A DNA stretch of 64,000 bases from Polyangiales bacterium (GTDB lineage: Bacteria; Myxococcota_A; Polyangia; Polyangiales; Polyangiaceae): contig JBBRNJ010000006.1 of NCBI GenBank assembly GCA_038230375.1, forward strand, positions 1-64,000, read 5' to 3'. Of this stretch, positions 18,119 to 28,564 are shown piece by piece; the first letter of the stretch is position 1; each line of letters opens with the position of its first letter. The notes beneath the pieces were generated by a model. It was not told where the DNA came from, made no database searches, and saw only the letters and a list, made by a program, of their open reading frames with translations. A program made the position numbers and the translations under genes.

Positions 18119-18283
18119 TCCAACGCTGATTCCAAAATTGGAAACGGCGTTGCATCGGGCTGGAGCCGCCCGTCAGGCGAGGCTTTGGCTGAGCACCGCG
18201 CGGAGCGGACTCCTGTCCGTGAGCACGGAGCGGAGGTCAAAACGAAGCATGGCGGGATGGATCCAGCCCGAGGCAATGCCGTT

Positions 18284-18553
18284 TCAGTGATTGTGGGCGG
18301 ACGGGTCGTTCTCGAAGCGGGTCAGCGCCTGGAGCATTTCTGGCGTCGGCTTCACGATCGGGCGCTTGCCTGATTTGTCGAGCGGGAGTGCCCACGCCCA
18401 GCTGCCGTCATCGAGCGGCACGCGCTCGACCTCGCCGCGCTCTTCCGCGTGGTACATCGCGTGCGCGAACTGGTCCGGCGTGATCTTCGGCTGCGCGAGG
18501 ATCTGAAGCTTGCGCGACGCCGCCTCCTGGAGCTTGCTCTTCTTCTTGGCCAT
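18284..18553 (-). CDS. Small hypothetical protein
   Basis: Directly downstream of dnaK; strong GC3 codon usage. Confidence 0.65.
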   Translation of the reverse strand: MAKKKSKLQEAASRKLQILAQPKITPDQFAHAMYHAEERGEVERVPLDDGSWAWALPLDKSGKRPIVKPTPEMLQALTRFENDPSAHNH

Positions 18554-18568
18554 GTTGGGGCTGCCTTC

Positions 18569-20410
18569 TTAGGCCGCGGGAGGACCGCCGTACAGTTTTT
18601 CGGCTATCTGGAAGGTCATCGCCTCGAGCGACTGGTACGCCTCGCGGATGGCGCCAAGGTCCGAGTTCTGCTCCAGGTGCTGGCGAAGGGTTCCCGCCGC
18701 CGTGCGCGCCGAATCGAGCGTGTCGGTGTCGACGAGATCGATGTAGCCCTCGAGCGCGGCCTCCGTCGTGTAGAGCAGCGTCTCGGCCTGGTTGCGCACC
18801 TCGGCGAGCTCGCGGCGCTGATCGTCCGCCATCTTGTGGCGATCGCCCTCTTCGATGATCTTCTCGATCTCGTCCTTGGCGAGGCCGCTCGTGGGCTGGA
18901 CCTTCACCTGCGTGGCGCGGCCGGTGCCAAGGTCCTTGGCCTCGATGCTGACCACGCCGTTCGCGTCGATCTTGAACGTGACCTGGATCTTCGGGACGCC
19001 GCGCGGTGCGGGTGGGATGCCCGTGAGCTCGAAGCGCGCGAGGCTGCGGTTGTCCGCGGCCATCTGACGCTCGCCCTGGAGCACGTGGATCGGCACGAAG
19101 TTCTGGTTGTCGACGCTGGTGGTGAAGATCTCGCTCTTCTCCGCCGGGATGGTCGTGTTGCGGGGGATGAGCGCGGTGAACACGCCGCCGCCCGTCTCGA
19201 CGCCCAGGGAGAGCGGCGTGACGTCAAGGAGGAGCATCTCCACGTTCTGATCGCCTGCGAGCGCGGCGCCCTGGAGAGCGGCACCAGCGGCGACGACCTC
19301 GTCCGGGTTCACGCCCTTGTTCGGCTCCTTGCCGAAGAACTCCTTCACGGCCTTCTGGACCGCGGGCATGCGCGTCATGCCGCCGACGAGCACGATGCTG
19401 TTGATGTCCGCCGGCACGAGGCCCGCGTCCGAAAGCGCCATGCGACACGGCTCGAGCGAGCGCTCGACGAGCTCCGCGGTGAGGATCTCGAGCTCTGCGC
19501 GCGTCAGCGTCTTCACGATATGGAGCGGCGAGCCGTCCGCGCCGGTCGCGATGAACGGCAGGTTGATCTCGGTCTCGAGCGACGACGACAGCTCGTGTTT
19601 TGCCTTCTCCGCGGCCTCCTTGAGGCGCTGGAGGGCCATGCGATCGCGGCGCAGGTCGATCTTGTTGTCTTCCTTGAACGTGTTCGCGAGCGCGTCGACG
19701 ATCGCAAGGTCGAAGTCCTCGCCGCCAAGGAACGTGTCGCCGTTCGTGGCCTTCACGCTGAAGACGCCGTCGGCGATCTCCAGCACCGAAATATCGAACG
19801 TGCCTCCGCCAAGGTCGTAGACCGCGATGCGTTCGGCCTGGCGCTTCTCCAGACCGTACGCAATGGCGGCGGCCGTGGGCTCGTTGATGATCCTGCGGAC
19901 CTGGAGGCCGGCGATGGTGCCCGCGTCCTTCGTGGCTTGCCGTTGCGCGTCGTCGAAGTACGCGGGGACCGTGATCACCACGTCCGTGACGGTCTCGCCA
20001 AGGTACGTCTCGGCGATCTCCTTCATGCGCGTGAGCACCATGGCGGAGACCTCGGGCGGCGACATCTGCTTGCCGCCGACCTCTACCCACGCGTCGCCGT
20101 TCGGGGCCTCGATGACCTTGTACGGCGCGCGCTCGACGTAGCTCTTCGCTTCTGGCGTGCGGAACTTGCGGCCGATGAGGCGCTTGACCGCGTAGACGGT
20201 GTTGGTGGCGTTCGTGACCGCCTGGCGCTTTGCGGGCTGACCCACGAGGCGCTCACCGCTCGACGTGAAGCCGACGATCGAAGGCGTGGTGCGTGCACCC
20301 TCCGCATTCGGGATGATCTTGACGTCGATCTTGCCGCTCGCCGTGGATTCGGAGATGGCGACACAAGAGTTGGTGGTGCCTAGATCGATCCCGATGACTT
20401 TGGTGCTCAT
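18569..20410 (-). CDS. dnaK: Hsp70 chaperone DnaK
   Basis: [47 protein letters not shown]. Confidence 0.97.
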   Translation of the reverse strand: MSTKVIGIDLGTTNSCVAISESTASGKIDVKIIPNAEGARTTPSIVGFTSSGERLVGQPAKRQAVTNATNTVYAVKRLIGRKFRTPEAKSYVERAPYKVIEAPNGDAWVEVGGKQMSPPEVSAMVLTRMKEIAETYLGETVTDVVITVPAYFDDAQRQATKDAGTIAGLQVRRIINEPTAAAIAYGLEKRQAERIAVYDLGGGTFDISVLEIADGVFSVKATNGDTFLGGEDFDLAIVDALANTFKEDNKIDLRRDRMALQRLKEAAEKAKHELSSSLETEINLPFIATGADGSPLHIVKTLTRAELEILTAELVERSLEPCRMALSDAGLVPADINSIVLVGGMTRMPAVQKAVKEFFGKEPNKGVNPDEVVAAGAALQGAALAGDQNVEMLLLDVTPLSLGVETGGGVFTALIPRNTTIPAEKSEIFTTSVDNQNFVPIHVLQGERQMAADNRSLARFELTGIPPAPRGVPKIQVTFKIDANGVVSIEAKDLGTGRATQVKVQPTSGLAKDEIEKIIEEGDRHKMADDQRRELAEVRNQAETLLYTTEAALEGYIDLVDTDTLDSARTAAGTLRQHLEQNSDLGAIREAYQSLEAMTFQIAEKLYGGPPAA

Positions 20411-20417
20411 GGTCTTC

Positions 20418-21179
20418 TCAGGGGGCCTTCACGCCGTCATCGGAGTCCGCCTTCGCGGGCTCCTTCGGCTCTTCCTTCGAATCGGTCGCGCCGGCCTTGG
20501 TATTGGCTGCCGTGTCGGGCTTGGCGTCTGCCTTGCCCTCTGCCTTGGCGTCTGCCTTGCCCTCTGCCTTCGGGCTCGCGGCGTTTGCACGCGGCTGTGC
20601 CACGACGACCAGGGCCGCGCGGATGAGACGATCGCCCTGCAGGTAGCCCGCCTGGACCTCGGCGACGCACGTGCCGGGGACCTCGTCGGACTCCACCTGC
20701 TGAATCGCCTCGTGCAACGACGGGTCGAACATGTTGCCCTTGGTGGGGACCTTCGTGATGCCGGAGCGGCCCAGGGTGTCCCCGAACTGCTTCATGATCA
20801 TCGTGAGGCCGTCGACCACGCCCTTCACTTCCGTGGCGCGCTGGGCGCTCTGGAGCGCGCGCTCCAGGTTGTCGAACACGGGCAAGAAGTCCTTCAGCAG
20901 CTCCTCGCGGCCGGACTTCCTGGAGTCCTCGACCTCGCGACGGGAGCGCTTTCGGAAGTTGTCGTAGTCCGCAGCGGTACGCACCCACTGCTCGCGGTTC
21001 TTCTGAGCTTCCGCGCGCGCCTCGGCGAGCGCGTCACCGACGTTACGCGTCTCGCTCTTGGTATCGACGTCGGCGCTCTTCGTCAGGGCCTCGGCTCCGG
21101 TGGCGCTCGCACCACCATCCGATTCGGCGGCAGGCGCATCCGCAGTGTTGCTCTGGATTGGGTCCGTCTTGTCGCTCAT
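20418..21179 (-). CDS. grpE: Nucleotide exchange factor GrpE
   Basis: [31 protein letters not shown]...[10 protein letters not shown]; start at MSDKT. Confidence 0.93.
   Translation of the reverse strand: MSDKTDPIQSNTADAPAAESDGGASATGAEALTKSADVDTKSETRNVGDALAEARAEAQKNREQWVRTAADYDNFRKRSRREVEDSRKSGREELLKDFLPVFDNLERALQSAQRATEVKGVVDGLTMIMKQFGDTLGRSGITKVPTKGNMFDPSLHEAIQQVESDEVPGTCVAEVQAGYLQGDRLIRAALVVVAQPRANAASPKAEGKADAKAEGKADAKPDTAANTKAGATDSKEEPKEPAKADSDDGVKAP
20521..20570. repeat. 24-bp tandem duplication in the grpE 3' tail (KAEGKADA x2)
   Basis: ttggcgtctgccttgccctctgcc occurs twice in tandem. Confidence 0.8.
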
Positions 21180-21285
21180 GTTGAATCTATTCCGGGAAAG
21201 GCCCAAGCAGCCAAGACATGGATGGCCCCCGGTCGGCCAGTATACCCAAAGTTGCCTTTCGCAACCCAGCCTATTTCGCTAAGCC

Positions 21286-23619
21286 TTGAGCGTGGAAAGC
21301 GTGGCGGAAGTGCAGGTCGGGCTGAATACGCCGCAGGCCGATGCGGTCGCGCACAGCCACGGCCCACTCCTGGTCTTCGCAGGCGCGGGGAGCGGAAAAA
21401 CAAGGGTGATCACGTACCGGATCGCCAACCTCGTCGCGTGCGAGCGCGTACCGCCCTACCGGATTCTAGCCGTGACGTTCACGAACAAGGCGGCAGGGGA
21501 GATGCGTTCGCGGCTCACGTCCATCGCTGGCGAGTCGGTCGCGAAGGATCTCTGGGTCGGCACCTTCCACGCGGTCTGCGCGAAGCTCTTGCGCCGGTAC
21601 GCGGATGCCGTTGGGCTGTCGTCCTCGTTCGTCATCTACGACGCGCAGGATCAGAAGACGGTCATCACCCGCGTCCTGCGCGAGCTCGATCTGGACGAGA
21701 AGCGCTACACGCCGCGCTCCGTCCTGGCGCGCATCCACAAGGAGAAGCAAGAGGCGCGCGGTCCAGAGGACATGAGCCTGGACTCGTACATGGACTCGGC
21801 GATCCAGAAGGCGTACGTGAAGTACGAAGCACGCCTGCGCGCCGCCAACGCCGTCGACTTCGAGGACCTCATCCTGCTCATGGTGCGCATCCTGGAGGCG
21901 CCAGACACTGCGAAGGACAACGTCACGCACGCGCGCGATCAGCTCAGAAACAAGTTCGATCACGTGCTCGTGGACGAGTTCCAGGACACCAACGCCACGC
22001 AGTACCGCTTCATCCGCGCGCTCGCCGCACGCAGGCGGAACCTGTGCGTCGTCGGTGACGATGACCAGTCCATCTACCGGTGGCGCGGCGCCGACGTGCG
22101 CAACATCCGTGGCTTCCGCGAGGACTATCCGGACGCGACCATCGTCAAGCTCGAACAGAACTACAGGTCCACCGGGCGCATCGTGCGCGCCGCGCTCGCC
22201 GTCATCTCTCCGTCGCGCGAACGTGAGCCCAAGGAGCTCTGGACCGACAACGAGGAGGGCAACAAGATCCATGTCCTTGCCGTTGCGGACGAGCGTGACG
22301 AGGCATCCGAGGTCGCACGGCTCGTGCGCGCGGCCCGCGACGAGGGGATCTCCGCGAACGAAATCGCCGTATTTTACCGAGTGAACGCGCAATCGCGTGT
22401 GCTCGAAGAGGCGCTCAGGCAGTCCTCGCTGCCATACCAGATCGTGGGCGGCATGAAGTTCTTCGAACGCGCCGAGATCAAGGACGCGCTGTCGTACCTG
22501 CGCGTGATGGTGAACCCGAAGAGCGACGTGGACTTCTTGCGCGTGGTGAACACGCCCGCGCGCGGCATCGGCAAGACCACGCTCGAGCGCCTGCAGGATC
22601 TCGCCACGCAGCACGAGACGTCGCTGTGGAACGCGCTCTCCTTCCTGGAGGACGCGGCCGACGTGCCGAAGGCCGCGAAGAAGAAGCTGGGGCAGGTGCG
22701 TGAGCTCCTGCGAAACCTGGCCGACGAGACGCGCACCGCATCCCCGGCCGACGCGCTGCGCGTGGTGCTCGCGAAGACCGGATATCGCGCCGCGCTCTCG
22801 GCAGAGAACTCGGTGGAGTCGGAGTCCCGGCTGCAGAACCTTGCAGAGCTCGAGGGCTCCTTGCTGGACTATACGCAGGAGGTCCACGCCAGCGGCGACA
22901 CGCCCACGCTCGAAGGCTTCCTGGAGCGCGTGTCGCTCGACAGCGATCTGGACGCAATGGAGGACGGCGCGAAGGTCACGCTGATGACCGTGCACAGCGC
23001 GAAGGGTCTGGAGTTCGACTTTGTCGTGATGACCGGCATGGAGGAGGACATGTTCCCCTACCGCAGCGCGGATGGTCCGGACGCCGGGCAGATGGAAGAG
23101 GAGCGCCGGCTTGGCTACGTGGCGGTCACCCGCGCGCGGAAGCACCTCATCATGACGCACGCGCGCATGCGCCAGATCTTCGGCACCACGCGTCCCGGCC
23201 TGCCCAGCCGATTCATCGCGGATTTGCCGGAAGATCTCGTCGATTTCCACGCGACCGCTCAGCTCCGCTCGCGCGAGACGGCGCGCTACGTGGACCGCAC
23301 TCCGCGGCCCGGCTACGCGCAGAGCGGCGGCGGCTTCCGTCATCCGCAGGGGCCGAAGAGCGACTGGCCCACGCCCGTATCCGCGCGCGCCCCGCAACGC
23401 AACGTCAGTCCCGGCGAGCGCTACATCGACAACGACGACGCGCACGAGCATCACGACGGCGAGGCCGTGGAGATCCGCCGCGGCACGCGCGTCCGCCACG
23501 CGCGCTTTGGCGAGGGCGAGGTGCGCAAGGTGCTGGAGCTCTCCGAGCCCGCCGTGGTCGCGTTCTTCCCGGGCTGGGGTGAGATGAAGGTGCTCGCGCG
23601 CTTCCTGACCCTCGCCTGA
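21286..23619 (+). CDS. pcrA: ATP-dependent DNA helicase PcrA/UvrD
   Basis: AGAGSGKT, VTFTNKAA, VDEFQD, VGDDDQSIY, LEQNYRS, MTVHSAKGLEF, EEERRL; C-terminal Tudor-like domain. Confidence 0.93.
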   Translation: MSVESVAEVQVGLNTPQADAVAHSHGPLLVFAGAGSGKTRVITYRIANLVACERVPPYRILAVTFTNKAAGEMRSRLTSIAGESVAKDLWVGTFHAVCAKLLRRYADAVGLSSSFVIYDAQDQKTVITRVLRELDLDEKRYTPRSVLARIHKEKQEARGPEDMSLDSYMDSAIQKAYVKYEARLRAANAVDFEDLILLMVRILEAPDTAKDNVTHARDQLRNKFDHVLVDEFQDTNATQYRFIRALAARRRNLCVVGDDDQSIYRWRGADVRNIRGFREDYPDATIVKLEQNYRSTGRIVRAALAVISPSREREPKELWTDNEEGNKIHVLAVADERDEASEVARLVRAARDEGISANEIAVFYRVNAQSRVLEEALRQSSLPYQIVGGMKFFERAEIKDALSYLRVMVNPKSDVDFLRVVNTPARGIGKTTLERLQDLATQHETSLWNALSFLEDAADVPKAAKKKLGQVRELLRNLADETRTASPADALRVVLAKTGYRAALSAENSVESESRLQNLAELEGSLLDYTQEVHASGDTPTLEGFLERVSLDSDLDAMEDGAKVTLMTVHSAKGLEFDFVVMTGMEEDMFPYRSADGPDAGQMEEERRLGYVAVTRARKHLIMTHARMRQIFGTTRPGLPSRFIADLPEDLVDFHATAQLRSRETARYVDRTPRPGYAQSGGGFRHPQGPKSDWPTPVSARAPQRNVSPGERYIDNDDAHEHHDGEAVEIRRGTRVRHARFGEGEVRKVLELSEPAVVAFFPGWGEMKVLARFLTLA

Positions 23620-23638
23620 ACCTGGTACCATTTGCGCG

Positions 23639-25237
23639 ATGGGGCTTCGTTCGCGCTCGCTCGCTCTCGTGTCCGTGCTCGCGGCGATCACGTGGTCGGC
23701 GCAGGCCATGGCGGACACCAGCGTCACCCTTGACGGCAACGTGCCTGCGGACGGGCCGGATCATTTCTTCGTTCCGTTCGACGTCCCCGATGGCACGCAG
23801 GAAATAGAGATCCTCCACGACGACAAGAGCCCCGACAACATCCTGGACTGGGGCGTGAACGACCCTGCAGGTTGGCGCGGCTGGGGCGGCGGCAACTCCG
23901 AGAACGCGATCCTCAACGCGAAGGCTGCCTCGCGCTCGTACGTGCTGGGGCCGATCACGAAGGGCACCTGGAACGTCGTCGTCGGCAAGGCGAAGGTCGT
24001 GGTGTCGCCGGCCGTCTATCACATCGTGGTGACGTTCCGGACGGCGCCCACGCTCGCGGCGCAGACGGTGCGCCGGCCTTACGCCGCAGCCGCCGCGCTC
24101 GTGACAGGCGCGCGTTACTACGCGGGCGACCTGCACGTGCACTCACGCGAGAGCGGCGATGCGATCCCCACGCTCGACGAGATCGGCACGTTCGCGCGCT
24201 CAAGAGGCCTGGATTTCGTGGAGATCAGCGATCACAACCTGAACACGCAGGACGACTACATCGCCGACGCGCAGTCACGCTTCGCCGATCTGCTCTTCAT
24301 CCCTGGCGTCGAGTACACGACGTACAAGGGCCACGCGAACGCGATCGGCGCCACGAAGTGGGTGGACCACAAGATCGGCCAGCCAGGCATCACCATCGCC
24401 GCAGCCGTGGAGCAGATCGACGCGCAGGGCGCCATCTTCAGCATCAACCACCCCGCGCTCGACATCGGCGACCTGTGCATTGGCTGCGGCTGGAAGCACG
24501 ATCTGGATCCGTCGAAGGTCAGCGGCGTGGAGATCGAGACGTCCGCGCTGAGCGGCGGCGGCATCCTGTTCCAGGCGCAGGCCATCGCGTTCTGGGAGAC
24601 GTTCCTCTCGAAGGGCTTCCATGTCACGGGCCTCGGCGGGGGCGACGATCATCGCGCCGGCCAGGAGAGCGGCATGTTCCAGAGCGCGCTCGGCAGCCCC
24701 ACCACGCTCATCTACGCGAGCGAGCTCAGCGCCGCCGCGCTCATGGACGCCATTCGCAAGGGCCACGTGGTCGTGAAGACCGACGGCCCCGCCGATCCGA
24801 TGGTGGAGCTCACGGCCGGCGACGCGCTCCCGGGCGACACGCTGAAGCAACGAAGCGCCGTGCTCTCCGCGAAGGTCACGAACACGAACATCGGGCAGCG
24901 CACCGTGAACGCGCGCTGGGTCGTGAACGGCATCCCGGACGACACGGTCCCCGTGGACACGGAAGGTCAGATCTTCAGCCGCTCCGTACAGGCTCCACCC
25001 ACCGGCGAAGATCGCTACCGCTTCGAGGTGCTACTCGGCGACAACAAGCCGCACCTCATCACCAACCACATCTTCCTCTCCCTCGACGCCAATGGCCCCG
25101 ATCCGGCCGCCCAGAAATCCTCCAGCGGCTGCACCACCACCACCAGCGATCCTGCAAACGGCACCCTCTGGCTAGTGTTCAGCGCAGCAACGCTCGCAAT
25201 CACGCGCGCTCTGCGTCGAAAAAACAAAATCCAATAA
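23639..25237 (+). CDS. CehA/McbA-family (PHP) metallohydrolase with MYXO-CTERM sorting signal
   Basis: Signal peptide, GDLHVHS, SDHN, GHAN, INHP, GGGDDH; C-terminal SSGC..hydrophobic..RRK. Confidence 0.85.
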   Translation: MGLRSRSLALVSVLAAITWSAQAMADTSVTLDGNVPADGPDHFFVPFDVPDGTQEIEILHDDKSPDNILDWGVNDPAGWRGWGGGNSENAILNAKAASRSYVLGPITKGTWNVVVGKAKVVVSPAVYHIVVTFRTAPTLAAQTVRRPYAAAAALVTGARYYAGDLHVHSRESGDAIPTLDEIGTFARSRGLDFVEISDHNLNTQDDYIADAQSRFADLLFIPGVEYTTYKGHANAIGATKWVDHKIGQPGITIAAAVEQIDAQGAIFSINHPALDIGDLCIGCGWKHDLDPSKVSGVEIETSALSGGGILFQAQAIAFWETFLSKGFHVTGLGGGDDHRAGQESGMFQSALGSPTTLIYASELSAAALMDAIRKGHVVVKTDGPADPMVELTAGDALPGDTLKQRSAVLSAKVTNTNIGQRTVNARWVVNGIPDDTVPVDTEGQIFSRSVQAPPTGEDRYRFEVLLGDNKPHLITNHIFLSLDANGPDPAAQKSSSGCTTTTSDPANGTLWLVFSAATLAITRALRRKNKIQ

Positions 25238-25310
25238 TCGCCAGGGAAACAGCGTCGCATGGGGCGAGAGCCAGCCTGGCGGGATGGATCTCGCCCCAGG
25301 CGATGCTGTT

Positions 25311-25937
25311 TCAGAACGCGAAGCCCCAGCCTAGCGTGGCTCCTCGGGGGTCTACTCCGATACGGAGATTCTGCAGTTCCTGGGCGGCTCGGTAGGTTCT
25401 TGGCGGGAGCAGGAACGGTAGGAACGTGCCTCCGAAGCCCGTGGCCATGGGGAGGACGGTGGACCACGCTCTTTCCCATACGGGCCACTCCGGACGGATG
25501 GCGCCTTGCTCCAGGCGCGCGAGGAGCGGCGCGGTCGCAAGCGATGCCAGGGCGACGGCAAAGACCAGCGGTAGCTCCGTGTGGATGTTGCCCTCTGGCG
25601 GCGCCCAGTGGATGACGCCTGGATCGCACTGCGGTCGTGAGAGCAGCGCGCCGCCGAGAGTCGCGCCCCAGAAGAGCCCCATCACGGAGGGACCGATGAG
25701 GCGCACACCAGGCTCGTCACGGAAGCGGAAGTAATTCGCGTCTGCCGCGATCCACGCGCCGTCCAGGACGAGCGTGCCCGTGATGTAGAGCCAGTCCGTG
25801 TGCGAGGCCGCGCGACAGAACTCCTCGTCGCGGCCTGGCTGCGCACGGTACTCGCCCGCCGCGTACACGTACGGTACGGGATCCTTCGGGGGGTTCGCAG
25901 GCGGGGGCGCGCTGGGAGCGTCCAAGACGTGGCTCAC
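25311..25937 (-). CDS. Hypothetical membrane/exported protein
   Basis: Hydrophobic segments; ends in a beta-strand with terminal Phe (LGWGFAF). Confidence 0.55.
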   Translation of the reverse strand: MSHVLDAPSAPPPANPPKDPVPYVYAAGEYRAQPGRDEEFCRAASHTDWLYITGTLVLDGAWIAADANYFRFRDEPGVRLIGPSVMGLFWGATLGGALLSRPQCDPGVIHWAPPEGNIHTELPLVFAVALASLATAPLLARLEQGAIRPEWPVWERAWSTVLPMATGFGGTFLPFLLPPRTYRAAQELQNLRIGVDPRGATLGWGFAF

Positions 25938-25976
25938 GCTAGCACACCTCGCACGAACGGCGCCTGCGCCCAGCGT

Positions 25977-26798
25977 TCAGTCTGAAGGCCACGGCGACCC
26001 CGGCGACCCGAAGCGCGTTTCTTCCGGAAAAATCAGCCCAAAATGCGTGCGCAGTACACCGAGTAGCTCTGCGCGCGAGCCGAGCTTCGTGACCACGCTC
26101 TTGCCGCCGCGGTCGCGGATCTTCAGCTCGTCGTTCAAGAGCGTGATGCGCGCCCCGTCCGGTGCCGCGCGCGCCACGAGGAGGCGGTTCTTGAAGTGCG
26201 AGGCGGGATGGGCGCTCGTGTACCAGTTGCCGAGCTCGCGATCGATGAGCGGCATCTCCTCCAGCGTGAACTCGCACACGTCCTTCCACTCGCCTGCAAG
26301 GTTCACCTGATGGAAGTGCCGCGCGTCTTCTTGCACGATCCTACGCGGCTCGTGCGGCGTGTCCTGCACGTCCTCCGTGTGGAGCCGCAGCGCCCCCGTG
26401 AGCGAGAGCGCGCCCACGCCGACGTCGGACAGGTAGCTCGTTCCCGAGAGCTCGACGCGAACGAAGACATGCGTGCGCGACGGTGTGAAATCGCGCGGGC
26501 GGTCGATGCGGACGCGCGCCGAGAGCGGTCGCGCGTCGAAGCCCATCAAGAGGAGCACGGCGAGAAAGAGTCCGTTCTGCTCGAAGCAATAACCGCCCCG
26601 CCGCCGCTGGACGAGCTTGTCCATGAGCGCCTCTGGCTCGAGGTCGATCGTGCGCCCCAGGAGCACGTCCAGGTTCTCGAACGGAATCGACGAGGTGTGT
26701 GCCTGCGTGAGCGCGTGCAGCGTCGCGAGGGTCGGCGTCCGCGGGCCCGTGTAACCGATGCGCGCAAAGTAAGGGTCCAGATCCATCGCGGCTTCCAT
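25977..26798 (-). CDS. Arylamine N-acetyltransferase
   Basis: IPFENLD, RRGGYCFEQN, catalytic His (RTHV) and Asp (SDVG). Confidence 0.92.
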   Translation of the reverse strand: MEAAMDLDPYFARIGYTGPRTPTLATLHALTQAHTSSIPFENLDVLLGRTIDLEPEALMDKLVQRRRGGYCFEQNGLFLAVLLLMGFDARPLSARVRIDRPRDFTPSRTHVFVRVELSGTSYLSDVGVGALSLTGALRLHTEDVQDTPHEPRRIVQEDARHFHQVNLAGEWKDVCEFTLEEMPLIDRELGNWYTSAHPASHFKNRLLVARAAPDGARITLLNDELKIRDRGGKSVVTKLGSRAELLGVLRTHFGLIFPEETRFGSPGSPWPSD

Positions 26799-26830
26799 AT
26801 TCAGCCCGAAGTAATAAGAAGAAAAGACCC

Positions 26831-27781
26831 ATGGGCGAAAGGGCGAACAACGAGCATGGGGAGAGCCCCCACGAAGCAGCGGAGGTGCGGGCCATCCGCG
26901 TCGCCATTGCGTGCTCCGTGATCGGCGCCACGGCGAAGCTCTCGGTCGGCATCATGACTGGCAGCATGTCGATGATCTCGTCCGCGGTGGATTCGCTGGG
27001 CGACCTCATGGTGTCGGTCGCGAACCTCTTCATGGTGCGCTACGCCCACCAGCCCCCGGACGAGGACCACAACTATGGTCACGCGAAGATCGAAGGGCTC
27101 GGCGCGATGTTCGAAGGCGGCTTCATCCTCGCCGCCGCGCTCTTCATTGGCTACGAGGCGGTGCACAAGACGATCATCGGAGAGGTGAGCCACGACACCA
27201 CGCTGGGCATCTATGTGATGTGCCCCGCGCTGCTGCTCACGCTCGGCACGGTGCTCTACCTGCGCAAGGTCGCGAAGCAGACGGGCAGCCTGGTCATCAA
27301 GTCCGACGCGCTCCACTACATGACGGACGTCTGGGTGAACATCGGCGTGATCGTTTCGCTCGTCCTGGTCAAGCTCACTGGCAAGCCGATCATCGATGCG
27401 ATCGTCTCCATCGGCATCGCGCTCTTCATGATCTCGTCGTCCATCAAGGTCGTGCGCGAGGGCTTTGACGTGGTCATGGACAAGAGCCTGCCGGTGGAGC
27501 AGGTCGCGCGCGTCACCTCGCTGCTCGGCGGCCACGACCGCATCGAGTCGTTCCACGATCTGCGCACGCGCGGCGGAAAGATTCCGCATGTGGATTTCCA
27601 TGCAGTCGTCGATCCGCAGATGACGGCACAGGAGGTCCACGACCTCTTCGAGGAGGTCCAGCGCGGCATCCAGGAGATCACCGGGCCGTCCACCCGCGTG
27701 CACCTGCATGCGGATCCATCCCTGCGCGGAGCCCACAAGAAAGAGAAGACTCCGAACGCGCAGCAGGCCGAGCATGCGTAG
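26831..27781 (+). CDS. Cation diffusion facilitator (FieF-like)
   Basis: SAVDSLGD, PPDEDHNYGHAKIE, SDALHYMTD, HDLRTR, HADP. Confidence 0.9.
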   Translation: MGERANNEHGESPHEAAEVRAIRVAIACSVIGATAKLSVGIMTGSMSMISSAVDSLGDLMVSVANLFMVRYAHQPPDEDHNYGHAKIEGLGAMFEGGFILAAALFIGYEAVHKTIIGEVSHDTTLGIYVMCPALLLTLGTVLYLRKVAKQTGSLVIKSDALHYMTDVWVNIGVIVSLVLVKLTGKPIIDAIVSIGIALFMISSSIKVVREGFDVVMDKSLPVEQVARVTSLLGGHDRIESFHDLRTRGGKIPHVDFHAVVDPQMTAQEVHDLFEEVQRGIQEITGPSTRVHLHADPSLRGAHKKEKTPNAQQAEHA

Positions 27782-28141
27782 TAGGGTGCTCGTCATCGAG
27801 GACGACGCATTCGTGGCCCGTTCTCCAGCTACCTGGGTGAACACGAGGTCAGCATCGCGACGTGCGGCAAGCAGGCGCTCGACCTGCTAGCGGCGGACCC
27901 TCGCTTCGACGCGATCCTCTGCGACCTGGCGATGCCCATCATGGACGGCATGATGGTGTACGAGGCCGTGGCCGCCGCGTTCCCGGGCCTGGAGCGCCGG
28001 ATGGTCTTCTGCTCGGGCGGAGCTCAGTCGCCGAACACGCGCGACTTCCTGGCGCGCACACAGCTCCCGCTCGTGGAAAAGCCCCTCTCCGGAGCAGCCC
28101 TGAGAGCCGTAATAGACGCAGTGATCGCCACCAACGGCTAA
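27774..28141 (+). pseudogene. Single-domain response regulator with a frameshift near 27820
   Basis: MRSRVLVIEDD in one frame; FSSYL...ILCDLAMPIMDG...VFCSG...EKP in the -1 frame. Confidence 0.75.
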
Positions 28142-28157
28142 AAAGCGCAGTCGCTAT

Positions 28158-28484
28158 TCATACTGCGCGGACGGCGGTGAGGGCGCTGGTGACGGCGTCC
28201 CAGTCGAGCACCGGCAGGCCAGCGCCTTCGCCCTTGGCGACCCACTGCGTGGCGACCTCGCGAAGCGCGTCGCTCTTGGTGCGGCCCCACGCGAAGATGG
28301 GCTCTGCGTCGGGCGCGGCGTTGCTCTTCGCCTCTACCCGGAAGTCGCCTTCGTCGTCCTGGTTGCTGCGCGGCATGATGTCCACCGTGAGGCGGACGCT
28401 CTCGCATGTGAGGTCGTACACGAAGCCCGTGCGCGAACGGAACTGGTTCGTGATGCGAACCGGGTTCTTTTCTTTCTCTGCCAT
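28158..28484 (-). CDS. Hypothetical protein
   Basis: GGAGG SD before MAEKEKN; good codon usage. Confidence 0.7.
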   Translation of the reverse strand: MAEKEKNPVRITNQFRSRTGFVYDLTCESVRLTVDIMPRSNQDDEGDFRVEAKSNAAPDAEPIFAWGRTKSDALREVATQWVAKGEGAGLPVLDWDAVTSALTAVRAV

Positions 28485-28564
28485 GATCTCCCTCCACCTT
28501 AGTCCCACGGCGTCTCGAAGGGGAGGATTTGCGGCGGAGCCCTCATGGGGTTAGATGCCAGGAC

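Noticed and set aside
18449..20383. 644-aa ORF antisense to dnaK
   Set aside because: Well-known antisense shadow of high-GC dnaK genes; no independent motifs.
21466..23739. 757-aa ORF antisense to pcrA, and similar long shadow ORFs elsewhere
   Set aside because: Codon-bias artefact of GC3-rich genes.
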